A program made the position numbers and the translations under genes. The notes under the pieces are model-generated. The model had not been told where the DNA came from. It worked only from the letters and a program-made list of their open reading frames with translations, and searched no databases. A DNA stretch of 64,000 nucleotides from an uncultured delta proteobacterium (lineage in GTDB: Bacteria > Desulfobacterota > Syntrophobacteria > BM002), in contig CAVQGX010000037.1 in the NCBI GenBank assembly GCA_963712115.1, forward strand, positions 1 to 64,000, written 5' to 3'. Below, in pieces: positions 46,471 through 55,515 of the stretch. Within the stretch, counting starts at the first letter, position 1. Every line of letters begins with the position of its first letter.

Positions 46471-46791
46471 CAGCAGGCAGCTATTCAACTAGGCACTAGG
46501 AACTAAGCACTAGGCACAGCGGAACGAAGGGGGGACGGGGAGAAACGGCGATGAGAGGTCAGAGGACAGACGACAGTCTACAGATGGTTCAAAGTACTGA
46601 ATACCCGCCCGCCTCGCCTGAGCGGCTCGCGATGGCGGGCAGGTCGAACAGCAGAACAAGGAACCGCAGAATGATGAAGTGATCACTTCGATATTCGAAA
46701 TTCCTTGTTCGACATTCTGCGGTTCAAAGAGGCGGTAGCTCAGATGAAGTCAATCTTGATTGCTTTTCTCCTGAATTCTGGATTCTGACTC
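46471..46791 (+). repeat. Composite repeat E, second copy
   Basis: Matches 34231-34596. Confidence 0.9.
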
Positions 46792-46795
46792 CCAA

Positions 46796-47095
46796 CTATG
46801 AATGAAGGGATTGGGATAGGGATAGGGTGGAATTGTCTAGCTTCCTAATTAGCCGCTCTACATCGGTCCAGTCTTTTCCCCTCCTCTCTGTCCTTGAAGT
46901 CCCCTCCTCTTGGGCAAGAAGAGCTTTTTGCAACACCTCCAAAGCTTCTCGCAGCATAGCTTCCGCACCTTGAAACCAGATGAGGTTGTCACTTGACTTA
47001 TCAGCCTCAATTATGCCTGTACAGGAGTCTCTCAACACGTAAAGTTTGGCGACTGCTTTTTTGACGCTGTCGTAGAGTTCGCCGTCACTGCTCAT
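46796..47095 (-). CDS. Hypothetical protein
   Basis: GGGGAG RBS before ATG 47095; helical composition. Confidence 0.55.
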   Translation of the reverse strand: MSSDGELYDSVKKAVAKLYVLRDSCTGIIEADKSSDNLIWFQGAEAMLREALEVLQKALLAQEEGTSRTERRGKDWTDVERLIRKLDNSTLSLSQSLHS

Positions 47096-47506
47096 GCGCT
47101 CCCCCCTGGAGCTGTTGCCCATCCTTTAGTCCTGATATTCGCCGGTGTGGAAGAATAAAGGTAATTCAAGCTATTTCGTTAAGTTATCGATCGTTTGCTA
47201 GAAATGAACTCTCAGCCTCGATTACGAGCACCATAGAAAATTACTATAATAATTTAGCTGATGTCAATGAATTTGGCCCAACGAATCAGTCAAAATGGTG
47301 TTTTTTATAGGGGTATGTCGTGGTAAACTTGCTGCCCCTCAAATGTTGATTAATAGTGTTAATTATTTTACTTCATATGTAGATGTTTATAAGTCAAGTT
47401 ATTACGCAGGGTCAGAGCTTTTGTTGTAGAAGTTATAAAAGATTTTTCGCCCCAATTCACTTCAAAAAATCTGATCCCCAACCCCTCTCTCGAGGTGAAA
47501 TGTCTT

Positions 47507-49246
47507 CTAAGGAGCCCTTCTACAGTTCAATATAGCCTCAATGTTTCTATCTGCCCAGTCATCCACCCGTCGTTCAGTTTCGACATAGTTGATGACTCTC
47601 TCGGACAACCGTCTTTCTTGCGTCAATGCTTGCACCACATCTTCCCCCGCACTTTTGGCACTCATGGGGTTGACGTAAACAATCCCGTCTTCCTCTCCAA
47701 ACCCTTGCTGTTTGAGTACCCTTGATGCGCCGCTGGTGCTCAAAACTAGGATGCCTCGCTCCTCCGGGAGTCTGTATTTTTGCGCAAGGATGTACTCGAA
47801 GGCGACTAGGTTCATCCCATCCTCCAGGGGCGTCACCAGCATGACATCGATCTCTTTCATGAACTTATAATTTTGCGGCGCTGGAATGCCTTGGTCTATG
47901 TGGGTGATGGGGACATCTTTGATTTTCTGGTTAAGCTTGGTCACCCTTTCCTCCAGAAAGGCATGCAGTTTTTGGTAGTCTGGGCTTTCAGATCTGCTTG
48001 GGGCCGTCACCTGGTAAAAGCGGGCATCCTTTTTCAAAGCTTTTAATTTAGTAAGGGCGTGCTCAAAGATACTTAGCCTGGCAACAAGTCCTTTGGTGTA
48101 GTCGCATCTCTCGAGACCACCAAAGATATATCTTCCTGCTTTTCTGTCATTGTTGATTTGCTGGTAAAGGCTCTTTCCGCCCAACTTATAGTTCAACCTT
48201 TCACCCTCGGCAACTTCAGAAAGTATGTAGTCCACATCCAGGCCAATGGGAAAGGCGCCAATTGTTGTCACCGAATCCTGGTGAATCACTTCGTAGAAGC
48301 GATCCTTGATCCTTATTTCCACAGGAAACCACTCTTGCAGGGCCTCTAAATAGTGGTCACAATATTCTTTGGTATGAAAAGCGATGAAATCATTTGAAAG
48401 CATGCCCCAGGTCAACTTCTGCAATGCTGTCTCGATGGTTTCTCCAAATGGATCATATACCTGAGCTTTCACTCTGTGTCTCTTGTCCTCCCTGATGAGA
48501 CCCTGGATTTCATGAATATTGAAGAAAGGTGTGTGGATGAATTGACCCACGTGTACCCTCTTTCTTTTTTCGTCAGATATACCCTCTTCCACCAGAAGTG
48601 CCTTGTACACTTCGGCAATCCGCATGAGATGGTAATCCTGATTCCAGATGACAATGTTGTCTCCATTTTTTTGCAATGCCATGCTCTTGCGAGTCTCGTC
48701 AATGATGGTATTGGCGAAGGTGACGCCGCTGCTGGTGTATTGAACAAAATCATTTTTGACAAAGTGAGGCCTGGGAAACACTGGTGTTTTTTTGTAAAAG
48801 AGCGGTGTTCGCGTGAGGTGCATGAGAGGCCAAAGAAATCCATTGGCAAATTTACTGTAGTAACTGTGCATGTGCTTGGTGTCGAAAAAAACGAATCTCA
48901 TGTAAAAGTCATATTTTTTGTACTTGAAGTGCATTCTGCCATCGCGCTTTATCTCTATATGAGGAAAATGATCAGGGGCGTATTTGGCCTTTTTCATCCT
49001 TCTGAATAGCCGGGTGTAGTGTCCTCTGGCCACATCGATATCGTAATCTCCCATGGAGGCACCTATCCAGGTGGTGTCCCATCTCCCAGGTTTGAGGAGA
49101 CCTGCCATGGCCTGCACCAGACCTCCCTCGCCAAAGCTCGGTGCCTCAGGCTCAGTTCCCTTTTTTAGGCACGCCTGCGCGTCTTTCAGGAATTCTTCCG
49201 AAAAACTGAACGGTCCCCTGTTTGATACAATGACCAGATAACTCAT
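47507..49246 (-). CDS. otsA: Trehalose-6-phosphate synthase-like (GT20)
   Basis: VSNRGP, GGLV, NGFLWPLMH, QDYHL, HTPF, ERCDYTKG, TPLEDGMNLVAFEY. Confidence 0.8.
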   Translation of the reverse strand: MSYLVIVSNRGPFSFSEEFLKDAQACLKKGTEPEAPSFGEGGLVQAMAGLLKPGRWDTTWIGASMGDYDIDVARGHYTRLFRRMKKAKYAPDHFPHIEIKRDGRMHFKYKKYDFYMRFVFFDTKHMHSYYSKFANGFLWPLMHLTRTPLFYKKTPVFPRPHFVKNDFVQYTSSGVTFANTIIDETRKSMALQKNGDNIVIWNQDYHLMRIAEVYKALLVEEGISDEKRKRVHVGQFIHTPFFNIHEIQGLIREDKRHRVKAQVYDPFGETIETALQKLTWGMLSNDFIAFHTKEYCDHYLEALQEWFPVEIRIKDRFYEVIHQDSVTTIGAFPIGLDVDYILSEVAEGERLNYKLGGKSLYQQINNDRKAGRYIFGGLERCDYTKGLVARLSIFEHALTKLKALKKDARFYQVTAPSRSESPDYQKLHAFLEERVTKLNQKIKDVPITHIDQGIPAPQNYKFMKEIDVMLVTPLEDGMNLVAFEYILAQKYRLPEERGILVLSTSGASRVLKQQGFGEEDGIVYVNPMSAKSAGEDVVQALTQERRLSERVINYVETERRVDDWADRNIEAILNCRRAP

Positions 49247-49597
49247 GAGGTATTACTCCTAATATTTTTAAGGTAGTTCCGATTTAGATTTGTTATTTGT
49301 CAGCTATATCCACTTAATGCTTATCTTGTCGATTCCGTCCATGTCAACTTTGATTTCTCTGTTTCTTGCCGAGACCGGGAGTGTGACAAGGGTTGACCCC
49401 CAAGGGGAGATAAGCTAGTGTCGATCCAGAAATCTTTGGCAATAGGGGGACCAATTATTTGGCCCGGGATGTGCAACAAATCTGTCAAACTCTGGCAGGG
49501 CCTCGAAAGTAATGCACTTTTTCAACATGGTGAATTTGACGAAATGGATTGAATTCGTTAAGGTTATTCATAACTTTGCATTGTAGGGTGGAGATTC

Positions 49598-50248
49598 ATG
49601 ATTGATCCATTTGCGGTAAAAGACTGTGCCCTCATTGCCATCGCTACCGGCGAACGGGCCCACAATCTCAGAGAGTTGAGGGATCGCCTGGAGACAACCC
49701 GTCCAGGCTGTATCTACCACCATTTCTGGGGGGGACTGCTGCGCCCCAGCTTTGATGATCCCGAGTATCAAAACGACTTTGCCGTCTGGGCCTATCACGG
49801 CCTGCACGATAGATTTCTTGCCGAGAGGCTTGCCCTCATCGATCCCACCGAATTAGCTGACATGGAAGAGTTGAGGCGAGAATTGATAGAGATTATCGAA
49901 GAGAGACTGGATGAAAATGAGTTGGTGCCGTGGGCCTCTGCGCATCAACAGTTTCACTTCATTCGCTCACAGATCATCGTCTTTGACACAAGAATCCGGA
50001 TCAGCGAACCGGAAGAACTCAAGGGGCACATTCCCCAACTCACCGTGGGTAGCATTTTCTATCACTTTGTGGACGCTCGCAGGCGGACAGCCAACAGGAG
50101 CGATGATTTCAGCGAGTGGCTCAAGGGTTTTGGCAACAGCTACAATAGACTATTAGAGCAGATAGCGGCCCTGGATCCCTATTTCAAATCTCTGACGGAG
50201 CTGAGGTCCCAACTCAGTCAGATATTCGAGGAGTATGTGAGTAGATGA
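49598..50248 (+). CDS. DUF5752-like protein
   Basis: Duplicated IY(H/F)HF...NDF..W motif; typical neighbour of TreT-like genes. Confidence 0.75.
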   Translation: MIDPFAVKDCALIAIATGERAHNLRELRDRLETTRPGCIYHHFWGGLLRPSFDDPEYQNDFAVWAYHGLHDRFLAERLALIDPTELADMEELRRELIEIIEERLDENELVPWASAHQQFHFIRSQIIVFDTRIRISEPEELKGHIPQLTVGSIFYHFVDARRRTANRSDDFSEWLKGFGNSYNRLLEQIAALDPYFKSLTELRSQLSQIFEEYVSR

Positions 50249-51486
50249 CAGATCTCCTGCTGGACCAATACCAAGAGATAGTCGGTGAGGACGTGATTAG
50301 CAGCCTGCGCCAGCTGGCCGAGCCTCTCAGAGGTGCAAAGGTAGTGCATGTAAATTCTACCAAGGAGGGTGGTGGCGTAGCCGAGATTCTTCATCGCATG
50401 ATCCCTTTAAAAAAGGAGCTGGGCCTTGAACCCAGCTGGGAAGTTATTGTCGGAGAGGGGGAGTTCTATCAATGCACAAAGTATATGCACAACACTTTGC
50501 AGGGGAACCGGTTCGAAATTCCCCAACCCCTGCTCAGACGGTATGAAGAGACCAATGAGGAGAATGGAGAGAGATTGCGAGGCCAACTGGAGGAGGCTGA
50601 TTTCGTCTTTATCCACGACCCGCAACCTGCACCCCTGTTGAATTTGTGCCCCGGAAGGAGGGGGAAGTGGATCTGGCGCTGCCATATAGATGTGAGCCGT
50701 CCATACCGGCCGGTGTGGAAGTACCTGCGTAATTTTGTTGAACCCTATGATGCCAGCATTTGGTCACTGGCTGAGTTTGCCCAACCCTTGCATCACCCTC
50801 TTTACCTAATCGCCCCAAGCATTGATCCCCTAAGTGACAAAAATCAGGAACTTTCCAAAAAGGAGCTCCAGGAGGTTTTGAAGCGCTCCAAGGTCGACCC
50901 TGACCGGCCAATTGTTGTCCAGGTCTCCCGCTTTGATCGCTTCAAGGATCCCGTAGGAGTGATCCAGGCCTTTCGACTGGCAAAAAATTTTGTTCCACTT
51001 CAGCTTGTCCTCGCAGGCGGCGGGGCCACAGACGATCCCGAGGGGGAGGAGGTTCTCGCCGAGGTTAGGGCAGCGGCAATGGACGAGCCGGACATCCACG
51101 TCATGCTTTTACCTTCTGATGCTCACCGCACCATCAACGGGCTGCAGAGAATCTCGGACATTGTGCTGCAAAAATCCACTAAGGAAGGCTTCGGCCTCAC
51201 AGTTACTGAAGCGATGTGGAAAGGCAAACCGGTTATCGGTGGAGAAGTCGGTGGCATACGACTCCAGGTGCACAACCATCACACTGGTTTTCTGGTCAAT
51301 ACTCCCGAAGGGGCTGCACTGAGAATCAGATATCTCCTAACCCACAGGGATAAGTTGGAGGAAATGGGTCGCAAGGCACGCCAGTTAGTTTTGGAGAACT
51401 TTCTCATCACGCGCCATGTTCGTGAATACCTTACCTTAATGCTGGCGATACTTCGGGGAACCGAAGAAAGGATTGAGCTTGTATGA
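50245..51486 (+). CDS. TreT-like glycosyltransferase (GT4, trehalose synthase)
   Basis: VNST..GGGVAEIL, IHDPQP, WRCHID, SRFD.FKD, EGFGLTVTEA. Confidence 0.9.
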   Translation: MTDLLLDQYQEIVGEDVISSLRQLAEPLRGAKVVHVNSTKEGGGVAEILHRMIPLKKELGLEPSWEVIVGEGEFYQCTKYMHNTLQGNRFEIPQPLLRRYEETNEENGERLRGQLEEADFVFIHDPQPAPLLNLCPGRRGKWIWRCHIDVSRPYRPVWKYLRNFVEPYDASIWSLAEFAQPLHHPLYLIAPSIDPLSDKNQELSKKELQEVLKRSKVDPDRPIVVQVSRFDRFKDPVGVIQAFRLAKNFVPLQLVLAGGGATDDPEGEEVLAEVRAAAMDEPDIHVMLLPSDAHRTINGLQRISDIVLQKSTKEGFGLTVTEAMWKGKPVIGGEVGGIRLQVHNHHTGFLVNTPEGAALRIRYLLTHRDKLEEMGRKARQLVLENFLITRHVREYLTLMLAILRGTEERIELV

Positions 51487-52297
51487 CCCCGCCTCAGCCG
51501 AGGGGCCGGAAGTTGCCAAAGTGCCTGATTTCTGGCGCAGGTTGAGAGTGTCCGAAAGAAGATTCCTCGCTTTGGATTACGACGGCACCCTAGCACCATT
51601 TCACCCAGATCCCATGCAAGCCTTCCCCCTACCCGAAATTCCCGAGTTACTCAAAAAACTGAGCGAAAGAAGTGATACCACTTTGGCGATCATTTCGGGT
51701 CGCCCGCTAAGGGAAATATTAGAGCTTCTGGGAGATTTGGCTGTTGTGGTCGTAGGCAGCCACGGTCGAGAGATGAAGAAGAGAGACGGAAGCCTGACGG
51801 CAATGGAGCCAACAAACAAACAAAGAGAGGGATTAGAAGCTGCCCTCCACCTTGCCGTCCAAGAGGGTTTTGAGGACCATCTGGAAAAGAAAATAGGGAG
51901 CATTGCCCTCCACACCCGCCCTTTGTCGCCTCATAGGGCGGGGGAAATCGAAAACATTGCCTTTGCAAAGTGGTCAGTCCTAGCCCAGCAGTACGACCTC
52001 GAGTGTATGGGCTTCAACGGAGGAGTTGAGGTCCGGTGCACCGGGCGAAACAAAGGGGATGTGCTGGCAGAGCTTCTGGACCTTCAGCCCTCGGGGACTT
52101 TCTCGGTCTACATCGGAGACGATTTAACAGACGAAGACGGTTTTCGAGAGATTAAAGGTCGGGGCATCGGCATAAAAGTGGGTGAATCCGCCACACCCAC
52201 TGCCGCCACCGGCTTCCTGGCCAGTTGCGAAGAGGTGAGAGACTTTCTTCGAGCCTGGTCCCTTTCCAACCCTTCCCCTGTTCCACATCTCCCTTGA
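51473..52297 (+). CDS. otsB: Trehalose-6-phosphate phosphatase (HAD IIB)
   Basis: DYDGTLAP, ISGR, GSHG, NKG, GDDLTDEDGF. Confidence 0.9.
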   Translation: MSLYDPASAEGPEVAKVPDFWRRLRVSERRFLALDYDGTLAPFHPDPMQAFPLPEIPELLKKLSERSDTTLAIISGRPLREILELLGDLAVVVVGSHGREMKKRDGSLTAMEPTNKQREGLEAALHLAVQEGFEDHLEKKIGSIALHTRPLSPHRAGEIENIAFAKWSVLAQQYDLECMGFNGGVEVRCTGRNKGDVLAELLDLQPSGTFSVYIGDDLTDEDGFREIKGRGIGIKVGESATPTAATGFLASCEEVRDFLRAWSLSNPSPVPHLP

Positions 52298-52343
52298 GGG
52301 ATAGGTGTTTCCCAACAATCACGATCTATAAAGGAAGGAAACC

Positions 52344-52931
52344 ATGCGGATCCTCATCCCACTGATTATGGTTATCACCCTGCATGGTTCAGATTCATTT
52401 GCCGAACCTTCTCTGAGACCTTGGGCCCATCACAATCAAAAAGATTATGAAGCCGGAGTCACCACAGATGATGCCTTCGCGGGGAAATATTCAGCCTATA
52501 TAAGATCAAAGAGTTCAGAAACAAGTACTACAGGCACCCTCTGGCAAGCTATAAAGCCGCGACCGGACTGGTTTGGGGAAAAGGTCATGATGACTGTCCA
52601 GATGAGAACACTCAAGGTCAAGGAGGCAGCTGGATTATTTATGAGGGTGTCCACCTACAGTGGTTGGATCAACTATGACTATATGTACGACAGGTTGGCC
52701 AAAGGTGACACTGGTTGGCAAAAGCACATGATTGTCTTGGAAGTTCCTAACGACACAAGCTTGATAGATTTTGGCGTCTGGATAATCGGTCCGGGAGAGG
52801 TTCAGGTAGATAACTTCGGGTTCGAGGTAGGCGATCCCAAGGTTCGGGTCACTGGCACTTCTGAAAAAATAGAATTTGGCGAACCCGAAAACCTGGATTT
52901 TGAGCGGTATTCCAAGGGAGAAGGTTTCTAA
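52344..52931 (+). CDS. Exported beta-sandwich (carbohydrate-binding-like) hypothetical protein
   Basis: Signal peptide; GLFMRV, GDTGW, LEVP, FG...GPG, P.NLDFE. Confidence 0.65.
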   Translation: MRILIPLIMVITLHGSDSFAEPSLRPWAHHNQKDYEAGVTTDDAFAGKYSAYIRSKSSETSTTGTLWQAIKPRPDWFGEKVMMTVQMRTLKVKEAAGLFMRVSTYSGWINYDYMYDRLAKGDTGWQKHMIVLEVPNDTSLIDFGVWIIGPGEVQVDNFGFEVGDPKVRVTGTSEKIEFGEPENLDFERYSKGEGF

Positions 52932-52974
52932 GATAAGATGAGTTTTGGTTTTTCAAAAGAAAAGGAGAGTAAAG

Positions 52975-53769
52975 GTGGCGCTAAAGATTTTTCAGGTCGA
53001 TGCTTTTACCGATAAACCATTTACCGGCAACCCGGCTGCAGTCTGCATTCTCCCCGAACCGAGGAATGAGATTTGGATGCAGAAGGTGGCGCGAGAGATG
53101 AACTTGTCCGAAACAGCCTTTCTTTGCCAGCAGGAAGACGGTTTCAATCTCCGTTGGTTTACCCCAAGTGTTGAGGTTGATTTGTGCGGTCATGCCACCC
53201 TGGCAAGCGGTCATATTTTATGGGAGGCGGGCATGTTGACTCGTCAACAGCAGGCAAGGTTTCACACCCGCAGTGGATTATTGACTGCTGAGAGCAAGGG
53301 AGATGAGGTGGAACTCAACTTTCCATCTACTCCTGAAGAGCCCACGACTGCACCCTCGGGACTCAGTGACGCCTTGGGCCTGGAGCCCAAGTACATCGGC
53401 AAGAGCAAGTTTGACTACCTTTTGGAGGTAGAATCAGAAGAGCTGGTTAGAAAATTGACACCCGATTTTTCCTTGCTCAGGAAACTACCAATTCGTGGCA
53501 TCATCGTTACAAGTCCTGCTGATTCTGCTGAGTACGATTTTGTCTCTCGTTTCTTTGCCCCGGCTGTGGGAGTGGATGAAGATCCAGTGACAGGTTCAGC
53601 CCATTGCTGTCTTGGTCCTTTCTGGAGCAAGAAATCCGGTAAAAATGTCTTTGTTGCTTATCAGGCCTCATCCCGCGGTGGTATTGTCCGGGTGAGAGTT
53701 GACGGAGACCGTGTATACCTCGGTGGCAAGGCAGTTACAGTACTTAGGGGAGAACTGATCCATGACTGA
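52975..53769 (+). CDS. PhzF-family isomerase/epimerase
   Basis: QVDAF, GNPAAV, NLSETAF, EVDLCGHATLA, EDPVTGSA. Confidence 0.93.
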   Translation: MALKIFQVDAFTDKPFTGNPAAVCILPEPRNEIWMQKVAREMNLSETAFLCQQEDGFNLRWFTPSVEVDLCGHATLASGHILWEAGMLTRQQQARFHTRSGLLTAESKGDEVELNFPSTPEEPTTAPSGLSDALGLEPKYIGKSKFDYLLEVESEELVRKLTPDFSLLRKLPIRGIIVTSPADSAEYDFVSRFFAPAVGVDEDPVTGSAHCCLGPFWSKKSGKNVFVAYQASSRGGIVRVRVDGDRVYLGGKAVTVLRGELIHD

Positions 53770-54066
53770 AGAGACATAGAGCATGGGGAAGTAGGGTCGA
53801 ATTTGGAATTGCGAATTACGAATTTAGGAATTAGAGAATTAGTAAAATCGTTAAAGTCGTTAAAACCGTTGACGTTCATCTGAGCAACCCATTTTTGAAC
53901 CGCAGAATGTCGATACGAAGGCAATTACGAATAAATCGCAAAGCTAATGACCTCATGATCGGCGGTTCAAAATGACTCTGCAGCTCGATCATAGTCAGTA
54001 CTTGTGCCATCTGTACTCTATCGTACCTGCCTCTGAGCCTGTCGAAGGGCCCGCCTCGCCCAGTCA

Positions 54067-54375
54067 CTAATTAGGCCAGCTTGGATACTCGCTGGGGTTG
54101 TTCTGATTGGACTTGAATCTGCTGGACATCAACATAACTAACTTGAGCAACCCACGTAAGCCAAAGAACACAATGGCAAAGGCAAGCAAGGCCGTTGCTG
54201 CACCTGCTAGTTGGCATTGCCAGTCTGGCGGATAAGAGTACAACTCCAAGGACTTGCCATAGACGGCAGTTCGAAACATCTCTTTGTAAACATTCTCTCC
54301 GATTGGGTAGCTGGGAACCATTGCTATTACAGCAGGCACCACAAGTATGCGGTTTATTCTTCTGCTAATGTACAT
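54067..54375 (-). CDS. Hypothetical membrane protein
   Basis: Two hydrophobic segments; AAGGA RBS. Confidence 0.45.
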   Translation of the reverse strand: MYISRRINRILVVPAVIAMVPSYPIGENVYKEMFRTAVYGKSLELYSYPPDWQCQLAGAATALLAFAIVFFGLRGLLKLVMLMSSRFKSNQNNPSEYPSWPN

Positions 54376-54568
54376 TGCTTAATCCTTCTTTCTCGGTTCC
54401 TGGTGGATCTCCGCACCTCCCGCCTTGCTTCACGCCATGCCCAGTGACAGCGAAGCTTAGTGACCTAATGACGGCGAAGCCAATTGACGGGAAGCGCTAA
54501 CTGCACGCCGCTAACTGAAGATTCCGTCTCGCTCGTCTCGCCCGACCTCCCGTCTCGCCAATGTCGCC

Positions 54569-55321
54569 TCACCAGTCGAGATTCTTGAACTGTCGATAAA
54601 GAAGATAGCCCCCCCAAACCAGGGCTAAAATCATCAGCATCAGCCCGGTGGTGTATGCCAGCTTGGCCAGGAGGTGATCGTGCTTCAACCAACCAAGGGT
54701 TCGGAGGATGTTTTCCCAATCGTGCCCGTCCGTCTCTTTTCCGGTGACGCCTCCCAGCAAAATTAGATTAAGGGCGCGGGCGTCATTGATATAGGGTGCA
54801 ACGTCGAGGAAATTCTGGCCGAACCACCAGAGGCACGCCGCAGCACCGAAGTTCTGCCCATAGCTGAGCAGCAAGGCCACAGTGCAGATAAGAGGTATGA
54901 GCAACTGGCCGAGAGTACCTCCGAGGAACATGATGAACCGTCCAAAGGGGGAGAAAATTATGTGGCCTGCCTCATGGAAAGGAAGATTTATCAGGTGCAT
55001 GAAGGGCATGACACCGTAGGCCATCTCCAGGGAGGTGAAAAGATACTTCAAGAGGTAGAAGAGCAGGAGGACATAGACGCCTATTCTCCCGGCAAAATAA
55101 AAGACGTTGACATCTTCATCGACACGAAAAAGAAGATAAGTCAACGAACTCCAGAGGTCAGCGCTACTCTTCTGCGCTTCTAGACGAACTGAGCCACCTG
55201 CCTGAGCGGTTGCCCCGGCGACAGTTTCCCGTGCGGCGTAGTATTTGGAAAAAATAATGCCACAGCGGTTACATTCGTTGTTGCCATCGGCCTGTTTGAA
55301 GCCGCACTTCGGACAAAGCAT
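54569..55321 (-). CDS. Zinc-ribbon + membrane HExxH (peptidase M50B-like) protein
   Basis: CPKC...CNRC, HEAGH, HDW, multiple TM helices. Confidence 0.8.
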   Translation of the reverse strand: MLCPKCGFKQADGNNECNRCGIIFSKYYAARETVAGATAQAGGSVRLEAQKSSADLWSSLTYLLFRVDEDVNVFYFAGRIGVYVLLLFYLLKYLFTSLEMAYGVMPFMHLINLPFHEAGHIIFSPFGRFIMFLGGTLGQLLIPLICTVALLLSYGQNFGAAACLWWFGQNFLDVAPYINDARALNLILLGGVTGKETDGHDWENILRTLGWLKHDHLLAKLAYTTGLMLMILALVWGGYLLYRQFKNLDW

Positions 55322-55350
55322 GGTTGATCCTCCATCTCATGGAGAACTAA

Positions 55351-55366
55351 AGCAATCACCGTGCCA
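55351..55366 (-). promoter_or_regulatory. sigma-54 promoter
   Basis: TGGCAC-GGTGA-TTGCT, consensus match. Confidence 0.75.
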
Positions 55367-55515
55367 CAGGGCCGCAAACGAACCATTAGCCGTGTTGTTG
55401 CCTGGGTTTAATAGATCAGCAGAATTTCGTTGAGTTCTATCCGTCTCGGCATTACAGTAAGGGGCAACAGTTTTGCTAAATGTTTTTAATTTTGACTTTT
55501 GCCGGAGGTTCAGCA

